Source of the DNA: Nitrospiraceae bacterium
GTDB lineage: Bacteria > Nitrospirota > Nitrospiria > Nitrospirales > Nitrospiraceae
NCBI GenBank assembly: GCA_046759485.1
Contig: JBHICF010000001.1
Span: forward strand, 1-38,615
Length of the DNA stretch: 38,615 bases
Reading direction: 5' to 3'
The stretch's first letter is position 1, and each line of letters begins with the position of its first letter. The notes under the pieces are model-generated. The model did not search any database. It was not told where the DNA came from and saw only the letters and a list, made by a program, of their open reading frames with translations. Shown piece after piece: positions 6,548 to 17,032 of the stretch. The position numbers and the translations under genes were made by a program.

Positions 6548-9500
6548 TCGCTCTCCGATATGTCTGCAGAATCGACCCTAGCTTTCGCCCGCAGAAGGCT
6601 GCCAGTGAAATTATGCATGGCCGTTGCCGCAATCGTTGCCACCGCTTGGTCGATCAGGGCGATCTGTGAACGCTTCTCCGCGTCGTCCAGGTCTTCTGAG
6701 TCAAGCACTGTCTGCCGATCCTTGCGCAGCGCTGAGAGTCTTTGTGCAATCTTGCGAACTTCTGGCTCAATGAGCGCTTCGGGACGTGCGGACAAGACGC
6801 GTCGTTTCTGCTCGGCGGTCTCCGCTCGTCCAAGGGTGTTCTTGGCAATCGCCGCCTCCTCGCGCAAGTCGAATAGATCCGAGACTGGCTGTGAGCGAAA
6901 TCCATAAGCCCCTTCGATCTCTGCGACTCTTGAGGGGGAGGTGAAGAAAGACCGCTGAACCTCCTCGATGAACGGTACTTGCAGCTCGGGGCGCTGTGGG
7001 TCCGGAGTACGAAGAGGCGAGCCGAGCAAAATATCCCCAGTGCGCAGAGCGGCCTTTCCGATATTCGAGGTATAGCCCCGAATCAGGCTTTCAACCTGCA
7101 ACGGCGATGCCTGAAATGGCCGAGCAAGAATGCGAGCGGTTTCTGTCGTAGCGGGCGTGAATTGAAATTCTGGTAGCTCCTGTTTCAGGCGCTGAGGGAT
7201 GACCTGGGTCTCGTAGAAGGCATCGTATCCCGTCGTTAGCTCGATAGCCGGGTCTAGGATCGTCGGCGTGAAAGAGTCAACGAGACGACGTCCCATCCGG
7301 TGAGGTGTGCGACCCTTGGTGCGGAACATCGCGTCAATCGGAATAATCATGCCGAGCGGCACCTGGTCAACGAAGCTCTTCTTCCAGCGGTCAAAAGCAC
7401 GCTGGGCATCCTGGTCACCGGCCCCCGAGCGTGCTTGTAGATAGCGCGCGAAAGCTTCGATCGATGTGCCAAACGCGACATTCAGGGCGCCGATTGGGCG
7501 TGGAATCTTGAAGAAGCTCCCGTCCTCACGCTTGGCGACGTGGAAAAATAAAGACTTCTCCCATTCGGGCAGGGCCTGGTAGTCGGCATCGTCATGGTTC
7601 TTGAAGTAGTTGACCATTGACGGAATGGCGATGTACTGCAGCGCTCGACGAGTCGTTCGTACTGGGTGCGATTTCATATTTCGCGCGAACTTGTCAAGGT
7701 CCTGCAGCTCCGCGTTGATGAACGCTTCGACGGAATTCCACTTGCGCCCAAAGCTCCCGCCCCGTGAGAAATTGAGCGTAACCTCACTGGCGTCCTTAGC
7801 CGCCTGTGAGACCGTTGCGCCACGGATACGAGCACGACGAAACTCCGAGAAGCGAGGTATGGACTCAGACAACTCCGAGATGATCTGGAACGGGTACAGC
7901 GGGCTCTTCAAAGTACTGCGAAGAACCTTCGAGACTCGTCCACCCGCACGACGAGAGGCGGCGATTTCACCAAGCTTGTCTCCGATGTTGAAACGGTCAA
8001 GACCGACCTGCGTTGAGCCGAGTCCGCCGCCGCGAACGAATTCCCGCCAATGCCGCCCGCCGTCCTTCAGGAACTCCGAAGTGAACTGCGCCAACGGCGT
8101 GAGAATCGGTACAAAACCGTGCTTCGAGTTGACGGCGGCGGTGAACTGGTCCCGCAAAACGTTACGCAAGGCGAAGGACGGCACTCCCGTTGCGCCTGCG
8201 CGAAGCGTACGGGCCGCCGTTTGTCCGGTACGCATTAGGGGGCCGATGTGCTCGGGATCGACGGCCTGAAGTGCCCTGAGCATCTCTTCATTCGTGCTCC
8301 AAAGCTCTCGGACGGTGACTTCATTTCCCTCCTCATCAAGGCCACGGCGCATGACCGAGAATTCTCCAGGGCCGTCCTTGTGAATCGCCCGGAAAATCGA
8401 CATGTCATCGCCGGCACTCTCCGGATCATCTCCAAGCCTCGCCTTCTCTTCGGGCGTTAGCTCCGCAACCTTTCGTACCCGTCGCTCGACAAGGCGAATC
8501 GGGACCTCTCCCTCCGTCGGGCTCTGTAGCTCTCGAAGAAGCTGCGTACGGGCGTCTCCTTCTCCCATGCGCAAGGGGTCTCCACTTCCGATCTCGGCAA
8601 GCCGAGCCTCAACAAGCGACTTGCGCACCAGGTTCGTATCGATCGCCTGGGACGTTCGTACGGCCATTCGCGCCATGGCCTCCAGTGGCGGAACGATGGG
8701 ATTCTCAACATCCAGACCGCCCCCAATCTTGCGTGGCACAACGGCGTTTCCCCGGCTTCTCGCCGCTGTCTCCAGCTCACGCTCGAGGCGCTGAAACGTA
8801 ACGTAATGAGCGTTCTTCTGAAGGATGCGCTCAACGGCGGAGTTAGAAAGTATCTCCGCCGATTCCAGGGAACGGAGCATCAAGTGCGACCAGTCGCGGA
8901 CCTCTCGGGCGACGCGGTCCAGCTCGCCCATGCCCGCGCCGTACTTTGTTTCCATCTCAGCAAGGAACGGGGCGATCTCCCGGTCAAACTCCTCGGGTCC
9001 GATCGTGATTTTCAGATCGGCGTCGTCTCGTGAAAATTCCCGGCCGGCCGCTTGGTCTTCCAGTGCTCTTTCCTTGCGGCCCTTGATCTCAATTTCGCGG
9101 CGATAGGCCATGTATCGATCGAGGTCTTTGAGGAAGTTCTCCTCATCTGGCGCGGTGCGAAGGATCTCCTCGAGCGAGCGTGCCGACGATCCGTCCGGAA
9201 GTGTCGCGACGCGGAACTCCTGCGCGCTCCCGTTCCAGATCTCTGGCTTGACAAAAAGTGAGTTCGTCGCAACTCGCCGGCTTATCCGCTGGCGCTGTGT
9301 GAGCGCTTCAAGTTGTGCTCCGGCATCCCCGCCGACCGCGCGTGCCGCCTTCTCAAGAGGCATCTGCTCATCAAAAATCGCCTGGTAGAAGAGGCTTGCC
9401 CGATCCTTGATCCAATCCGTTGCCGGTTGTGATTCTCGATCCCGAATGTACGGCCCGTTGCCCTGCGCGACGGCGCGGACGGCCGCGCGATTTGCAAGAG

Positions 9501-10188
9501 ATGCACCACCAACACCCAGGAGCCCACCGAGCCCGGTCGGTACGAGAGCGGCCAAGATGCGCTCCTCTTCCGGTAAGGCGGCGGCATCGCCAAATCCCAC
9601 GATCGCACCCTCTCCGGCTCCTACCGCGAGACCTCGAGCAATATTTCGGCCCTTGGCGGTTGATCTATATAACCGTCCTGCATAGCGAGCCAAAGCCCCC
9701 CCGGGAAGCAGAGGGATTAGGTTCGAAGCACCGATAATAACGCCCGTCGCCGCCTTACGGCCGATCTCATCAAGCTCCGAGCGTTCCTCGCCCGTGTCTA
9801 GATCGATCTCGCTCGTAAATGCAGCCTTAGAGCGCAGCCACTGGTCGCGAATTTTCTTTCGCGTCCCCTTGTCTACGAAGCCGGCACGCTCGGCGAGCCC
9901 CACGAACGGGCCCACCGTGGCATCCATCAGAGCGTCCCGCGTTAGCTCGAAGGCATCGACATCACCGCCCACGTAGAGTGGCTCGCCAAGGTCATCAAGC
10001 GACTGCGGCTCCTTGCTTCTTGCCTCTGCTTCCCCAGCAAGTATCGCCGCGGAGAATTCCAGGAACTCCCTCTCCTCTTGGTCCTCTTGCAAGTGGCGCC
10101 GGGCGTCGAAGAGAAACCGCCGCTCCTCTTCGTCTTCATCACGTGGCGAGAAGGCGAAAGAAGCGGATGTCCCGAGAGGCTCGGTCAT
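6544..10188 (-). CDS. Giant internal virion / ejection protein candidate (1214 aa)
   Basis: Single long ORF. Its position matches T7 gp16-like proteins, after smaller core proteins and before the fibre. Gly-rich hydrophobic segments near the N-terminus. Confidence 0.85.
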   Translation of the reverse strand: MTEPLGTSASFAFSPRDEDEEERRFLFDARRHLQEDQEEREFLEFSAAILAGEAEARSKEPQSLDDLGEPLYVGGDVDAFELTRDALMDATVGPFVGLAERAGFVDKGTRKKIRDQWLRSKAAFTSEIDLDTGEERSELDEIGRKAATGVIIGASNLIPLLPGGALARYAGRLYRSTAKGRNIARGLAVGAGEGAIVGFGDAAALPEEERILAALVPTGLGGLLGVGGASLANRAAVRAVAQGNGPYIRDRESQPATDWIKDRASLFYQAIFDEQMPLEKAARAVGGDAGAQLEALTQRQRISRRVATNSLFVKPEIWNGSAQEFRVATLPDGSSARSLEEILRTAPDEENFLKDLDRYMAYRREIEIKGRKERALEDQAAGREFSRDDADLKITIGPEEFDREIAPFLAEMETKYGAGMGELDRVAREVRDWSHLMLRSLESAEILSNSAVERILQKNAHYVTFQRLERELETAARSRGNAVVPRKIGGGLDVENPIVPPLEAMARMAVRTSQAIDTNLVRKSLVEARLAEIGSGDPLRMGEGDARTQLLRELQSPTEGEVPIRLVERRVRKVAELTPEEKARLGDDPESAGDDMSIFRAIHKDGPGEFSVMRRGLDEEGNEVTVRELWSTNEEMLRALQAVDPEHIGPLMRTGQTAARTLRAGATGVPSFALRNVLRDQFTAAVNSKHGFVPILTPLAQFTSEFLKDGGRHWREFVRGGGLGSTQVGLDRFNIGDKLGEIAASRRAGGRVSKVLRSTLKSPLYPFQIISELSESIPRFSEFRRARIRGATVSQAAKDASEVTLNFSRGGSFGRKWNSVEAFINAELQDLDKFARNMKSHPVRTTRRALQYIAIPSMVNYFKNHDDADYQALPEWEKSLFFHVAKREDGSFFKIPRPIGALNVAFGTSIEAFARYLQARSGAGDQDAQRAFDRWKKSFVDQVPLGMIIPIDAMFRTKGRTPHRMGRRLVDSFTPTILDPAIELTTGYDAFYETQVIPQRLKQELPEFQFTPATTETARILARPFQASPLQVESLIRGYTSNIGKAALRTGDILLGSPLRTPDPQRPELQVPFIEEVQRSFFTSPSRVAEIEGAYGFRSQPVSDLFDLREEAAIAKNTLGRAETAEQKRRVLSARPEALIEPEVRKIAQRLSALRKDRQTVLDSEDLDDAEKRSQIALIDQAVATIAATAMHNFTGSLLRAKARVDSADISESE

Positions 10189-10197
10189 GCCGTTAAT

Positions 10198-11484
10198 TTA
10201 TCGTGGATGAGGAAGAAGGAGGGGACCGACGCTCATTGCCTGCTCTAGCGGTGTTCCGAGCGCATCTTCTAGCTCTGAGGAGACTTCCGGGAGAAGCTCG
10301 ACGTCCTGAGCCTCTGACTCGAATCCGCGCCCGCCGAGACCCTCGCGACGGCGCATGCCGGAAGGTGGCTCAGAGGGCTCTAAAAGGCTCTCGATCACGT
10401 TCGAGGTGATATCGCCCAGGGAGACTTCGCGCTCGCTTTGCAGGATAAGCTCTCGGGGCGTTGGCCGACCGAGCTGCGTGTTGAACTCCTCGAGCGCAAT
10501 CTCCAGATTTGGACTTGCGCTCAGGACATTGACAAGACTCTGTCGTACTCGGTCGACGTTGCGACCATCGGGGGTGACCCTGGCGACGGCAGATGAAACG
10601 ATCGCGGACTCCCCCTGAGTCAACGCCGCCGGACTAACCGTACCGCTATCCCCCACAGGTGGGCGAGGCGCGCCGTCGGACGGCTGCAGCTCGAGCCCGA
10701 ATTGAGACAGGGCCACGTCCTGCACGCTGCCTATTTGCTGGTTAATCCCACGCAGGCTCTGTGCCGCGCGATCTCGTTCGTCCTGCGGCAACGTGAGATC
10801 GAATGCCGTTTCCCGGAAACCATCGGCGCGTGACTGCAGGACGTCGAGCACCTGCCGAGCATTATCGAAGAATCGATCCCGCGCAGTATCCCTGGCCGTT
10901 GGATCGTCACGCGCCGACTCCGTCTCGGCCCTGAGCCTTTCGGTACGGGCACGCGTCTCCTCGAGATCGACCTCCGTCTCCTCACGCTCACGTTCGCCTC
11001 GAATACGTTCAAGCTCCAACCCTCGGCGACGGATGAACTTCCGTCGGCCCTCGCCCGGTAGGCGATCTGCCGCCGGCTGTGCGAGCTGACTTTCCTCTGT
11101 ACGCAGGCTCGCCAGGCCACGGCGCACTTCCTGGCGACGTTCTCGGCGACGGTCAGCGTCGCCCGCGACCTCGAGCGCTTCGATTCGCCCCCTTTGAGAT
11201 GTCGTCAATTGACGTTTGAGGTTCTCCAACTCCGCCGCATTCTTAGTTCTGAACCTCTTTGGCTCCTGGGCCAGGATGCTCGCCGCCTCAAAGGTGCTAT
11301 TGCGGTCTTCGAGACTACGTCGGCGACTCTCCTCACGCGCTTCCGCCCGCTCCGAGATGGCCTCCTCCTCCTGCAGGAGGGCGAGTCGATGCTCGCGCTC
11401 TAATCGTTGATGAAGCTCTAACTCTTGCTGCCGGGTGAACTGATCCGCGGCACCACCGAGGAAGGAGAAGAGGGCATCCGTCAC
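10198..11484 (-). CDS. E/R-rich coiled-coil internal-virion-like protein (428 aa)
   Basis: ATGA overlap with the upstream gene. Highly charged, helical-looking sequence. Confidence 0.8.
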   Translation of the reverse strand: MTDALFSFLGGAADQFTRQQELELHQRLEREHRLALLQEEEAISERAEAREESRRRSLEDRNSTFEAASILAQEPKRFRTKNAAELENLKRQLTTSQRGRIEALEVAGDADRRRERRQEVRRGLASLRTEESQLAQPAADRLPGEGRRKFIRRRGLELERIRGEREREETEVDLEETRARTERLRAETESARDDPTARDTARDRFFDNARQVLDVLQSRADGFRETAFDLTLPQDERDRAAQSLRGINQQIGSVQDVALSQFGLELQPSDGAPRPPVGDSGTVSPAALTQGESAIVSSAVARVTPDGRNVDRVRQSLVNVLSASPNLEIALEEFNTQLGRPTPRELILQSEREVSLGDITSNVIESLLEPSEPPSGMRRREGLGGRGFESEAQDVELLPEVSSELEDALGTPLEQAMSVGPLLLPHPR

Positions 11485-12605
11485 AAGGACTCGAACCCCC
11501 TAAAGATCTCGGGGCTTATGTTGAGGTTCGCCCCGATCAGGCGGGCAAGCTCTTCGGATGAGAGGCCCCCGGTCGGAGACGGGGGAAATCCGGGCAGTTG
11601 CGCAAGCGTGAGCGTTTGGAGGAACTCCTGTAGTGCCGCGTCACGTTCAGCGGCCAGCTCGAGGCGCTCCGCTTCCCGCATCCCCAGCGCCTCCGTCACA
11701 TCAATGCGGCGACCCTCGAGACCCGCCCTTCTCAGCGCGTCCTCCTCTTGGACCCGAATGCGCTCTCGGTCATTCGCGAGGCCCGACTCGGACAGCGCCT
11801 TGTCGATCTCTTGCTGGGTTGTGTCCAGTCCGAATCGACGGTTTTGCTCGAGGATCTCCTGCTCGAGCGCATCGCGACGTAGCGCAAGCTCGTTATTAGA
11901 GATTCTCTCCTGGGACTGGATTGCATAGCGCTGAACCGACGCCTGGCGCCGTGAGATCAGGTCCCGAAGCTGTTGGTCGCTGATTCCGAGATCGCGGCGA
12001 ATGCCGATCTCGTCGGCCGCCTGCTGCAGTTGACGCTGCTGCGCCGATGCGGCAAGGCCCGTCTGCGTCTGTGCGAGTCCGAAGCGAGCAGCATCCTCAC
12101 GAGCCCCCTGGAGGCTCTCTAAGAGGTTTCGAGCAAATCCCTGCTCTAACCTTGCAGCCGCCTGCTCCGAGGCCCCTGACCCCAGTAGGCCGCGCCCAGC
12201 AGCGGCGTCAGCGGCCCGCAGGCGGGCGTCTCGCAGCGCGTTCGCGGATTCGGCCCGGATCAGCGACTCTCGCAGGTCCAGTCCGGGCAGAGCTCCACCC
12301 TCCAGTAGGCGCGCGATCGCGGCCTCGGTCTGAGCCTGTAGCTCGGGACTAAACTCGGTGACGTCACGCACCTGGGGGGAGAATCTTGGCCGTCCGGCTC
12401 CTCCGCCTCCGCCCATGCCACCGCTGACCGCCACGTCGGCCGGCAAGCCCTCCACGGAAGGAATTGGCACGGAATCGACGGGTATGGGCAAGGAATCTGG
12501 CACCGGAACATCGGGGACGAGAGGCACACCGGAAGGGTCCTCGACCGGCAACGCAACGGTGTCAATCGGCAGAAGCTCTGGCGGAATGGCGGCACTGACG
12601 ACCAT
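11481..12605 (-). CDS. Internal-virion-like protein (374 aa)
   Basis: Start moved to ATG 12605, 4 nt after the stop of the upstream gene. The longer ORF (to 12788) would overlap that gene by 180 nt. Confidence 0.75.
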   Translation of the reverse strand: MVVSAAIPPELLPIDTVALPVEDPSGVPLVPDVPVPDSLPIPVDSVPIPSVEGLPADVAVSGGMGGGGGAGRPRFSPQVRDVTEFSPELQAQTEAAIARLLEGGALPGLDLRESLIRAESANALRDARLRAADAAAGRGLLGSGASEQAAARLEQGFARNLLESLQGAREDAARFGLAQTQTGLAASAQQRQLQQAADEIGIRRDLGISDQQLRDLISRRQASVQRYAIQSQERISNNELALRRDALEQEILEQNRRFGLDTTQQEIDKALSESGLANDRERIRVQEEDALRRAGLEGRRIDVTEALGMREAERLELAAERDAALQEFLQTLTLAQLPGFPPSPTGGLSSEELARLIGANLNISPEIFRGFESL

Positions 12606-12609
12606 ATGG

Positions 12610-13197
12610 CTACCCCGTGCGGATTGGGAAGGCGATCCCCGTCGTTGAATCAATATTGGTACTTGGGAGACGATTGTTGAATAGCCCGGAGACGAGCGCT
12701 GACCCAATCGACCCGGCACCGGATATACGGTCTCGGCGACGTTGTGCGGCGATGTCAGCGAGGCGATCGACGGACCCCGTACCGGCACCGGTCAGGCCCG
12801 AGAGCGTTCGCTCGAGCGCGCCGGCGGTGCGCAGGGAGTCAAAATCGACCCCACTGAGAAGCTCCGCGAGATCTGAGCCCCCACCTTCAATGCCCGGCAA
12901 CCGGAAGCCTCCCGCGTCGAGGATGGAACGCGCGGCGGATGGACGGCCGGCGAGACCCTCAAGGCGGCTTCCGATGCGACCCTGTTGCTCGAGTATGTCC
13001 GCCTGCTGCTTGGCGACCTGGGCTTGCAGCCGTTCGGCAAGCTTCTCTGAAGAGGATTTTCTCGAGGCGAGGAGACTTGACACAAGCCCGCCCGCGGCAA
13101 CGATTCCGGCCGCGGCAAGTGGCCCGATTCCGAGCCTAAGACCCTCCGGATCCGCCCAGCCCGGCCCCCAGAGGAATGCCATCAGCTCATGCCACAT
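12610..13197 (-). CDS. Membrane-anchored coiled-coil protein (195 aa), internal-virion-like
   Basis: N-terminal hydrophobic stretch GIGPLAAAGIVAAGGLVSSLL. The fully overlapping + strand ORF (12617..13204) is S/R/P-rich and looks like junk. Confidence 0.75.
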   Translation of the reverse strand: MWHELMAFLWGPGWADPEGLRLGIGPLAAAGIVAAGGLVSSLLASRKSSSEKLAERLQAQVAKQQADILEQQGRIGSRLEGLAGRPSAARSILDAGGFRLPGIEGGGSDLAELLSGVDFDSLRTAGALERTLSGLTGAGTGSVDRLADIAAQRRRDRISGAGSIGSALVSGLFNNRLPSTNIDSTTGIAFPIRTG

Positions 13198-13708
13198 TGC
13201 GTAGACCTCGCCGGCTCCAAGCGGGTAGGAGCATCGCTAGGATCACCCGATCGATAGCATTGATCCCATTCCAATGCGCCTTCCGCAAGCAACCCTCCTC
13301 CCTGAAGCCGAGGGAGCGGAACATCGCCTTCTCCTCCCTTGCTGGTGTCAATAGCTCCGCCGTGATTCGAAAGACCCTCCCCTTACCCGCCGAGAAGAGC
13401 ATAGCGCAGAACTCCTCAAGCGCCTCTTCGCATGGGGAGAGAAGGTAGGGCTGTACGATGACGGAACGCGTTTCGACGCCGCGATGCTGCCCGACGAGAA
13501 GTCCAATCCGCTCACCGTCGATTTGCACCTCGCGCACGAGACGATTCTGGTCTGGTGTAAGGATATCCACAAGGGCTGCCACGGCCTTAACTCGTCCAGG
13601 CTCGCCCCTGCCGAAGCCCCAGCGCCAATTGCGCTCATCATCGTGCATCCACCCCTTACGGATGGCGGCTATTGCCGTTTCTGCGTCTGGCGCCCGCAGC
13701 TCGATCAT
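13187..13708 (-). CDS. GNAT-family N-acetyltransferase (RimJ/RimL-like), 173 aa
   Basis: C-terminal ...RITAELL...EKAMFRSLGFREEGCLRKAHWNG..IDRVILAML pattern. ATGA overlap with the nozzle-like gene and 11-nt overlap with the next gene. Confidence 0.75.
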   Translation of the reverse strand: MIELRAPDAETAIAAIRKGWMHDDERNWRWGFGRGEPGRVKAVAALVDILTPDQNRLVREVQIDGERIGLLVGQHRGVETRSVIVQPYLLSPCEEALEEFCAMLFSAGKGRVFRITAELLTPAREEKAMFRSLGFREEGCLRKAHWNGINAIDRVILAMLLPAWSRRGLRNVA

Positions 13709-15807
13709 GATGCCTTCAGAAGGGCGGCCGAGCCACTCGTCTGATCCTGCGATACGAGCCGGACCTCAAACAGCTGGACCTTCGTCGTACCGTTATCCAC
13801 CGCCGTGAAGGTCAGCTCAAGATCATGTCCTTGCACACGCTTCGTATAGTGACGATGGCGCGTGCGTAATGTATTTGTAGCGGGCCGCACGGTGACGCCG
13901 AGGACGTTGATGAGATCGAGCCCGTCGACCTTGAACTTCAAATCGGCCGTAATCGGCTGCGCCTGTGACGACGAGAGCCATAGGTCAACATAAAGAAAGC
14001 GCCGAATCCCCGCTCCGGGACCGGAGAACGGCAAGAGCGTAACGCCAGCATCAAGGCCGTCGATGGCTGCGTCATAATTCGCCCGGAACAGCGCTCCTAA
14101 GTCCGGCAGGATGTCTGTTTTGAAGCCGCCGCAGACCAACTCTTCGACATTGCCGAAATCGTCCGTCAGATATGCCCTGTAGCCGTACTTCGCAGCACCC
14201 ACGAAGCGGCGCAGGTTCTCATCGTAAAAGATTGTCGACTCGGCGACCGTCGCCCATACACGGCCTCTTTCGGCGTGGCGTCCGATCGTTACATCCCACG
14301 GATCCGTACCGAGAAAATCCCCATCGCCGATATAGAACTTGATGTCCTCCTCAATCAGGCCGGAGAGCCGTCGAATCGTGCGGCCACCAGCATATTGATA
14401 GAAGCGCTTATCGAAGTAGAAGAAGATTCCACCCTCGTAGTAAGTGAATGCATTCGGGCTCGGCACGCCAATCGAGCGCGTTGGCTGATCGGACGGTCGT
14501 AGCTCAACGATCTCAAACTCCCGTGGCGTCCGTCCGAAGAGTCCGTAGAGATGTGATTGCTTTCCGAAAAGGATGCTGTCATCGCCACGGATGAGCGTTG
14601 ACCCGACGTCGCCATCGTTCTGTCCAACGATGCGGAAGTTCCCGTCCGTGGCCGTAAACCAACTTTCCGGCTCCTCGACATCGCTCCAGAACAGGACATT
14701 CTTTGCCTGGCCGTACATGCGCCCGAAGAACGTGATCGCACTTGTAATCGACGCGGGTGGAGGGTCTCCCATCAACTCCGGTGGATCGCCCAGGTCGGCA
14801 TCGAGAACGTCGTCGACGAACGTTGCTCCGGGGGTCGACGGTCCAACCTCGATCTCGCCGATGAAGAACGGGTCCGGCCCGTCCTTGTACGTACGGTAGA
14901 TCCGGTACGTATTGTTGTAGTAGAGGGCGTCATCGAAGGTCAGCTCGACCCGAGTGCCGACGTGTTCATCGTTAACCACCTGGAAGGCGTTGACCGTCGC
15001 CGAAGGTAGTGAGAGCGGCCCTTCCACAATGCCCTGAACCTCCGAGATCCAGTACTTCACAAAGCCCCTGACGTTATCTCGCCCGCCGGGGCTCAAGCTT
15101 ACGACGACCTGCGACACGTCGGGGCGCTGGAGGCCAATCGTCGAGACCTTCGTCACGATGAATGAATCACCGACCTCCCACTGGTTATCGAAGCCTCCCA
15201 ACAGGGCATCGTGGACGAGATTATTCTCGTCGGTGATCCCGGTGATGAAGGCGCTGGAGCCGTCGGTCACGTTGAAGACGGTCCAGCCGTCCACCACGTT
15301 GCTGGTCTGAAAGTTCGCGCCCGTCGATTGCAGGTTGGTGCCGGCTGGGTTGGCGGCCGTCGCGGTATTATTGCCCAGGGCCTGTACGGGCGTTGCTTCG
15401 ACAGGAACCTTGAAGGGAATATCGACGCCGTTGAACATGAAGACGAATTCTTCGCCCTGTTTGTTTGACATCGTCGTGAAGGTGAGCAGGCTCGCCGAGT
15501 TCAAGTTCGTGATGAGCGGGTCTCGGTAAGCGTGAATCGCATCGATCCAGTAGAGCGTCGATCCGGTCATCGCGAGGCGTAGAACCTCACCCGTCTGAGA
15601 ACTGATCGCCCGGTATAGGTTGTTGACCTTTTCCCCGGGCTTGTCCGACGTCTTCGCGTTACCGGGTGTGGACTCGAGCGAGCCTGTGGCGTCGACTGAC
15701 TCCCACATGTTGATCGGTCGGCGAAAACCATCGTACGAGCGCGCGGGAGTCAGGTTCGAGACCCAAGCGCCACGAAATTGCCTGCGCTCCTCCAGTGGGC
15801 GCCCCAT
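13705..15807 (-). CDS. Tail tubular B / nozzle-like protein (700 aa)
   Basis: Size and position follow the adaptor-like gene. Long ORF rich in predicted beta sequence. Confidence 0.8.
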   Translation of the reverse strand: MGRPLEERRQFRGAWVSNLTPARSYDGFRRPINMWESVDATGSLESTPGNAKTSDKPGEKVNNLYRAISSQTGEVLRLAMTGSTLYWIDAIHAYRDPLITNLNSASLLTFTTMSNKQGEEFVFMFNGVDIPFKVPVEATPVQALGNNTATAANPAGTNLQSTGANFQTSNVVDGWTVFNVTDGSSAFITGITDENNLVHDALLGGFDNQWEVGDSFIVTKVSTIGLQRPDVSQVVVSLSPGGRDNVRGFVKYWISEVQGIVEGPLSLPSATVNAFQVVNDEHVGTRVELTFDDALYYNNTYRIYRTYKDGPDPFFIGEIEVGPSTPGATFVDDVLDADLGDPPELMGDPPPASITSAITFFGRMYGQAKNVLFWSDVEEPESWFTATDGNFRIVGQNDGDVGSTLIRGDDSILFGKQSHLYGLFGRTPREFEIVELRPSDQPTRSIGVPSPNAFTYYEGGIFFYFDKRFYQYAGGRTIRRLSGLIEEDIKFYIGDGDFLGTDPWDVTIGRHAERGRVWATVAESTIFYDENLRRFVGAAKYGYRAYLTDDFGNVEELVCGGFKTDILPDLGALFRANYDAAIDGLDAGVTLLPFSGPGAGIRRFLYVDLWLSSSQAQPITADLKFKVDGLDLINVLGVTVRPATNTLRTRHRHYTKRVQGHDLELTFTAVDNGTTKVQLFEVRLVSQDQTSGSAALLKAS

Positions 15808-16563
15808 TCAGAACCTCTGTCGTACGTTACCTCGCCGACGCGTAACGCGTCCGTGCACGATCGAGCTCCGACCATGATCACGAAGACCGGCGGTGGGAGA
15901 ACGGAATTCATCGTCGAAGACCATCTGAGCGATATCTTCAAGGAAATTCGACATACGCTGCTGAAGTGTCCTATCGAGTACGGCTGGCCATTCCGCCTCG
16001 ATCTCTCCGCGGAGTCCAGCGGCGGCCTTGTACGCGATCAGGCGATGATGTGCTGCGGGCAAGAGTGGAACGTCAACGTCGGCCACCAGCGGTGACGGCT
16101 CGGCGAGGTAACGTACCAGTAATCCGTTCGTTGAGCCGACGGTCGGCGGCCCATAGATGCCGATCTGCTTTGTGCCGCCGACCTCGCGAAAGGTATACGC
16201 TCGCATTTCGGATAAGTCGTTACGCGCCCACCGTTCCGGTGCACCGTTCGTACCGACATCCGAAAATGGCTCCAACGATGGAGGGAGTGGGCTTAGTGTC
16301 AGATCGAGCGTGCTTGCGTGGGCGGACAGGATACGCGTGCTGAAATTCGCTGGCAGCGAATAGTAGGACTGGTCAGCGACGAGATCTTGCACGTCCTCGG
16401 CCTGGCCCCACCCCGTATTGATTTGCTTCGCCTCAAACCATAGCTCTTCATAGGAGGCGTTGACCCACTCGTCCACGATCGTAGCCTCGTGCAACTCGCC
16501 AGATGCGTCAGGGCTTTCACCGCCGAGACGCGATGCCAGCGTACGAAGAGCGGCGAGGTCCAC
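15808..16563 (-). CDS. Head-to-tail adaptor / tail tubular A-like protein (251 aa)
   Basis: GTG start 16563. Abuts the next gene with no gap. YYSLPANF-type adaptor-like motif. Confidence 0.75.
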   Translation of the reverse strand: MDLAALRTLASRLGGESPDASGELHEATIVDEWVNASYEELWFEAKQINTGWGQAEDVQDLVADQSYYSLPANFSTRILSAHASTLDLTLSPLPPSLEPFSDVGTNGAPERWARNDLSEMRAYTFREVGGTKQIGIYGPPTVGSTNGLLVRYLAEPSPLVADVDVPLLPAAHHRLIAYKAAAGLRGEIEAEWPAVLDRTLQQRMSNFLEDIAQMVFDDEFRSPTAGLRDHGRSSIVHGRVTRRRGNVRQRF

Positions 16564-16566
16564 TTG

Positions 16567-17010
16567 CTACCCGCCGTAACTGATGGGCTGAAAGGCGAGC
16601 ACGTCGAGCGTAATGTCTGTGCCGGGGGTGAATGTAAACACGAGCTTCGGCGGCTGGTTGATTTCCGCCGGTGGCTGTGCTGAGATGAAACGATCGAAAA
16701 CCTTCGTAATCGGCGTATTGGTGGCGACAATGTCCGGAATTGCGATCGGTGCGTCCGAATTCACGTCTTCCGGATAGACGCCCGCGATCGTCTCCGTCGC
16801 CAGATCACCCGCGCCGTCAAAGAATTCGTAGACTTCGTCGACCGACACGGTACATGCGCCCGTAATCGCGGACGCGTTGGCGAGAAACCGCCAACGATGG
16901 GCGGATCCGGGGCGAAACGAGACCGCAAACGGAGAGGTTTTAATAACGCCGAGCACTTGCTCTTTGGCGTCGTCGAAACGAGGGATGAAGATTCGGTCGG
17001 GCGACGACAT
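16567..17010 (-). CDS. Hypothetical virion-module protein (147 aa)
   Basis: Start set at ATG 17010, which is preceded by GGAGGAG. The longer ORF extension is basic, low-complexity sequence. Confidence 0.7.
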   Translation of the reverse strand: MSSPDRIFIPRFDDAKEQVLGVIKTSPFAVSFRPGSAHRWRFLANASAITGACTVSVDEVYEFFDGAGDLATETIAGVYPEDVNSDAPIAIPDIVATNTPITKVFDRFISAQPPAEINQPPKLVFTFTPGTDITLDVLAFQPISYGG

Positions 17011-17032
17011 GGACTCCTCCGAGCGTGTTGAC

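Noticed and set aside
7610-8269. 219-aa + strand ORF inside the 1214-aa gene, plus many similar antisense ORFs between 6.5 and 16 kb
   Set aside because: These are typical GC-rich antisense open frames. They have no RBS, and R/S/P-rich composition, and lie wholly inside a continuous long minus-strand gene.
12617-13204. 195-aa + strand ORF exactly mirroring the minus-strand 195-aa ORF
   Set aside because: The translation is S/R/P/A-rich low-complexity sequence. The minus-strand product has a TM segment and coiled coil and fits the operon spacing.
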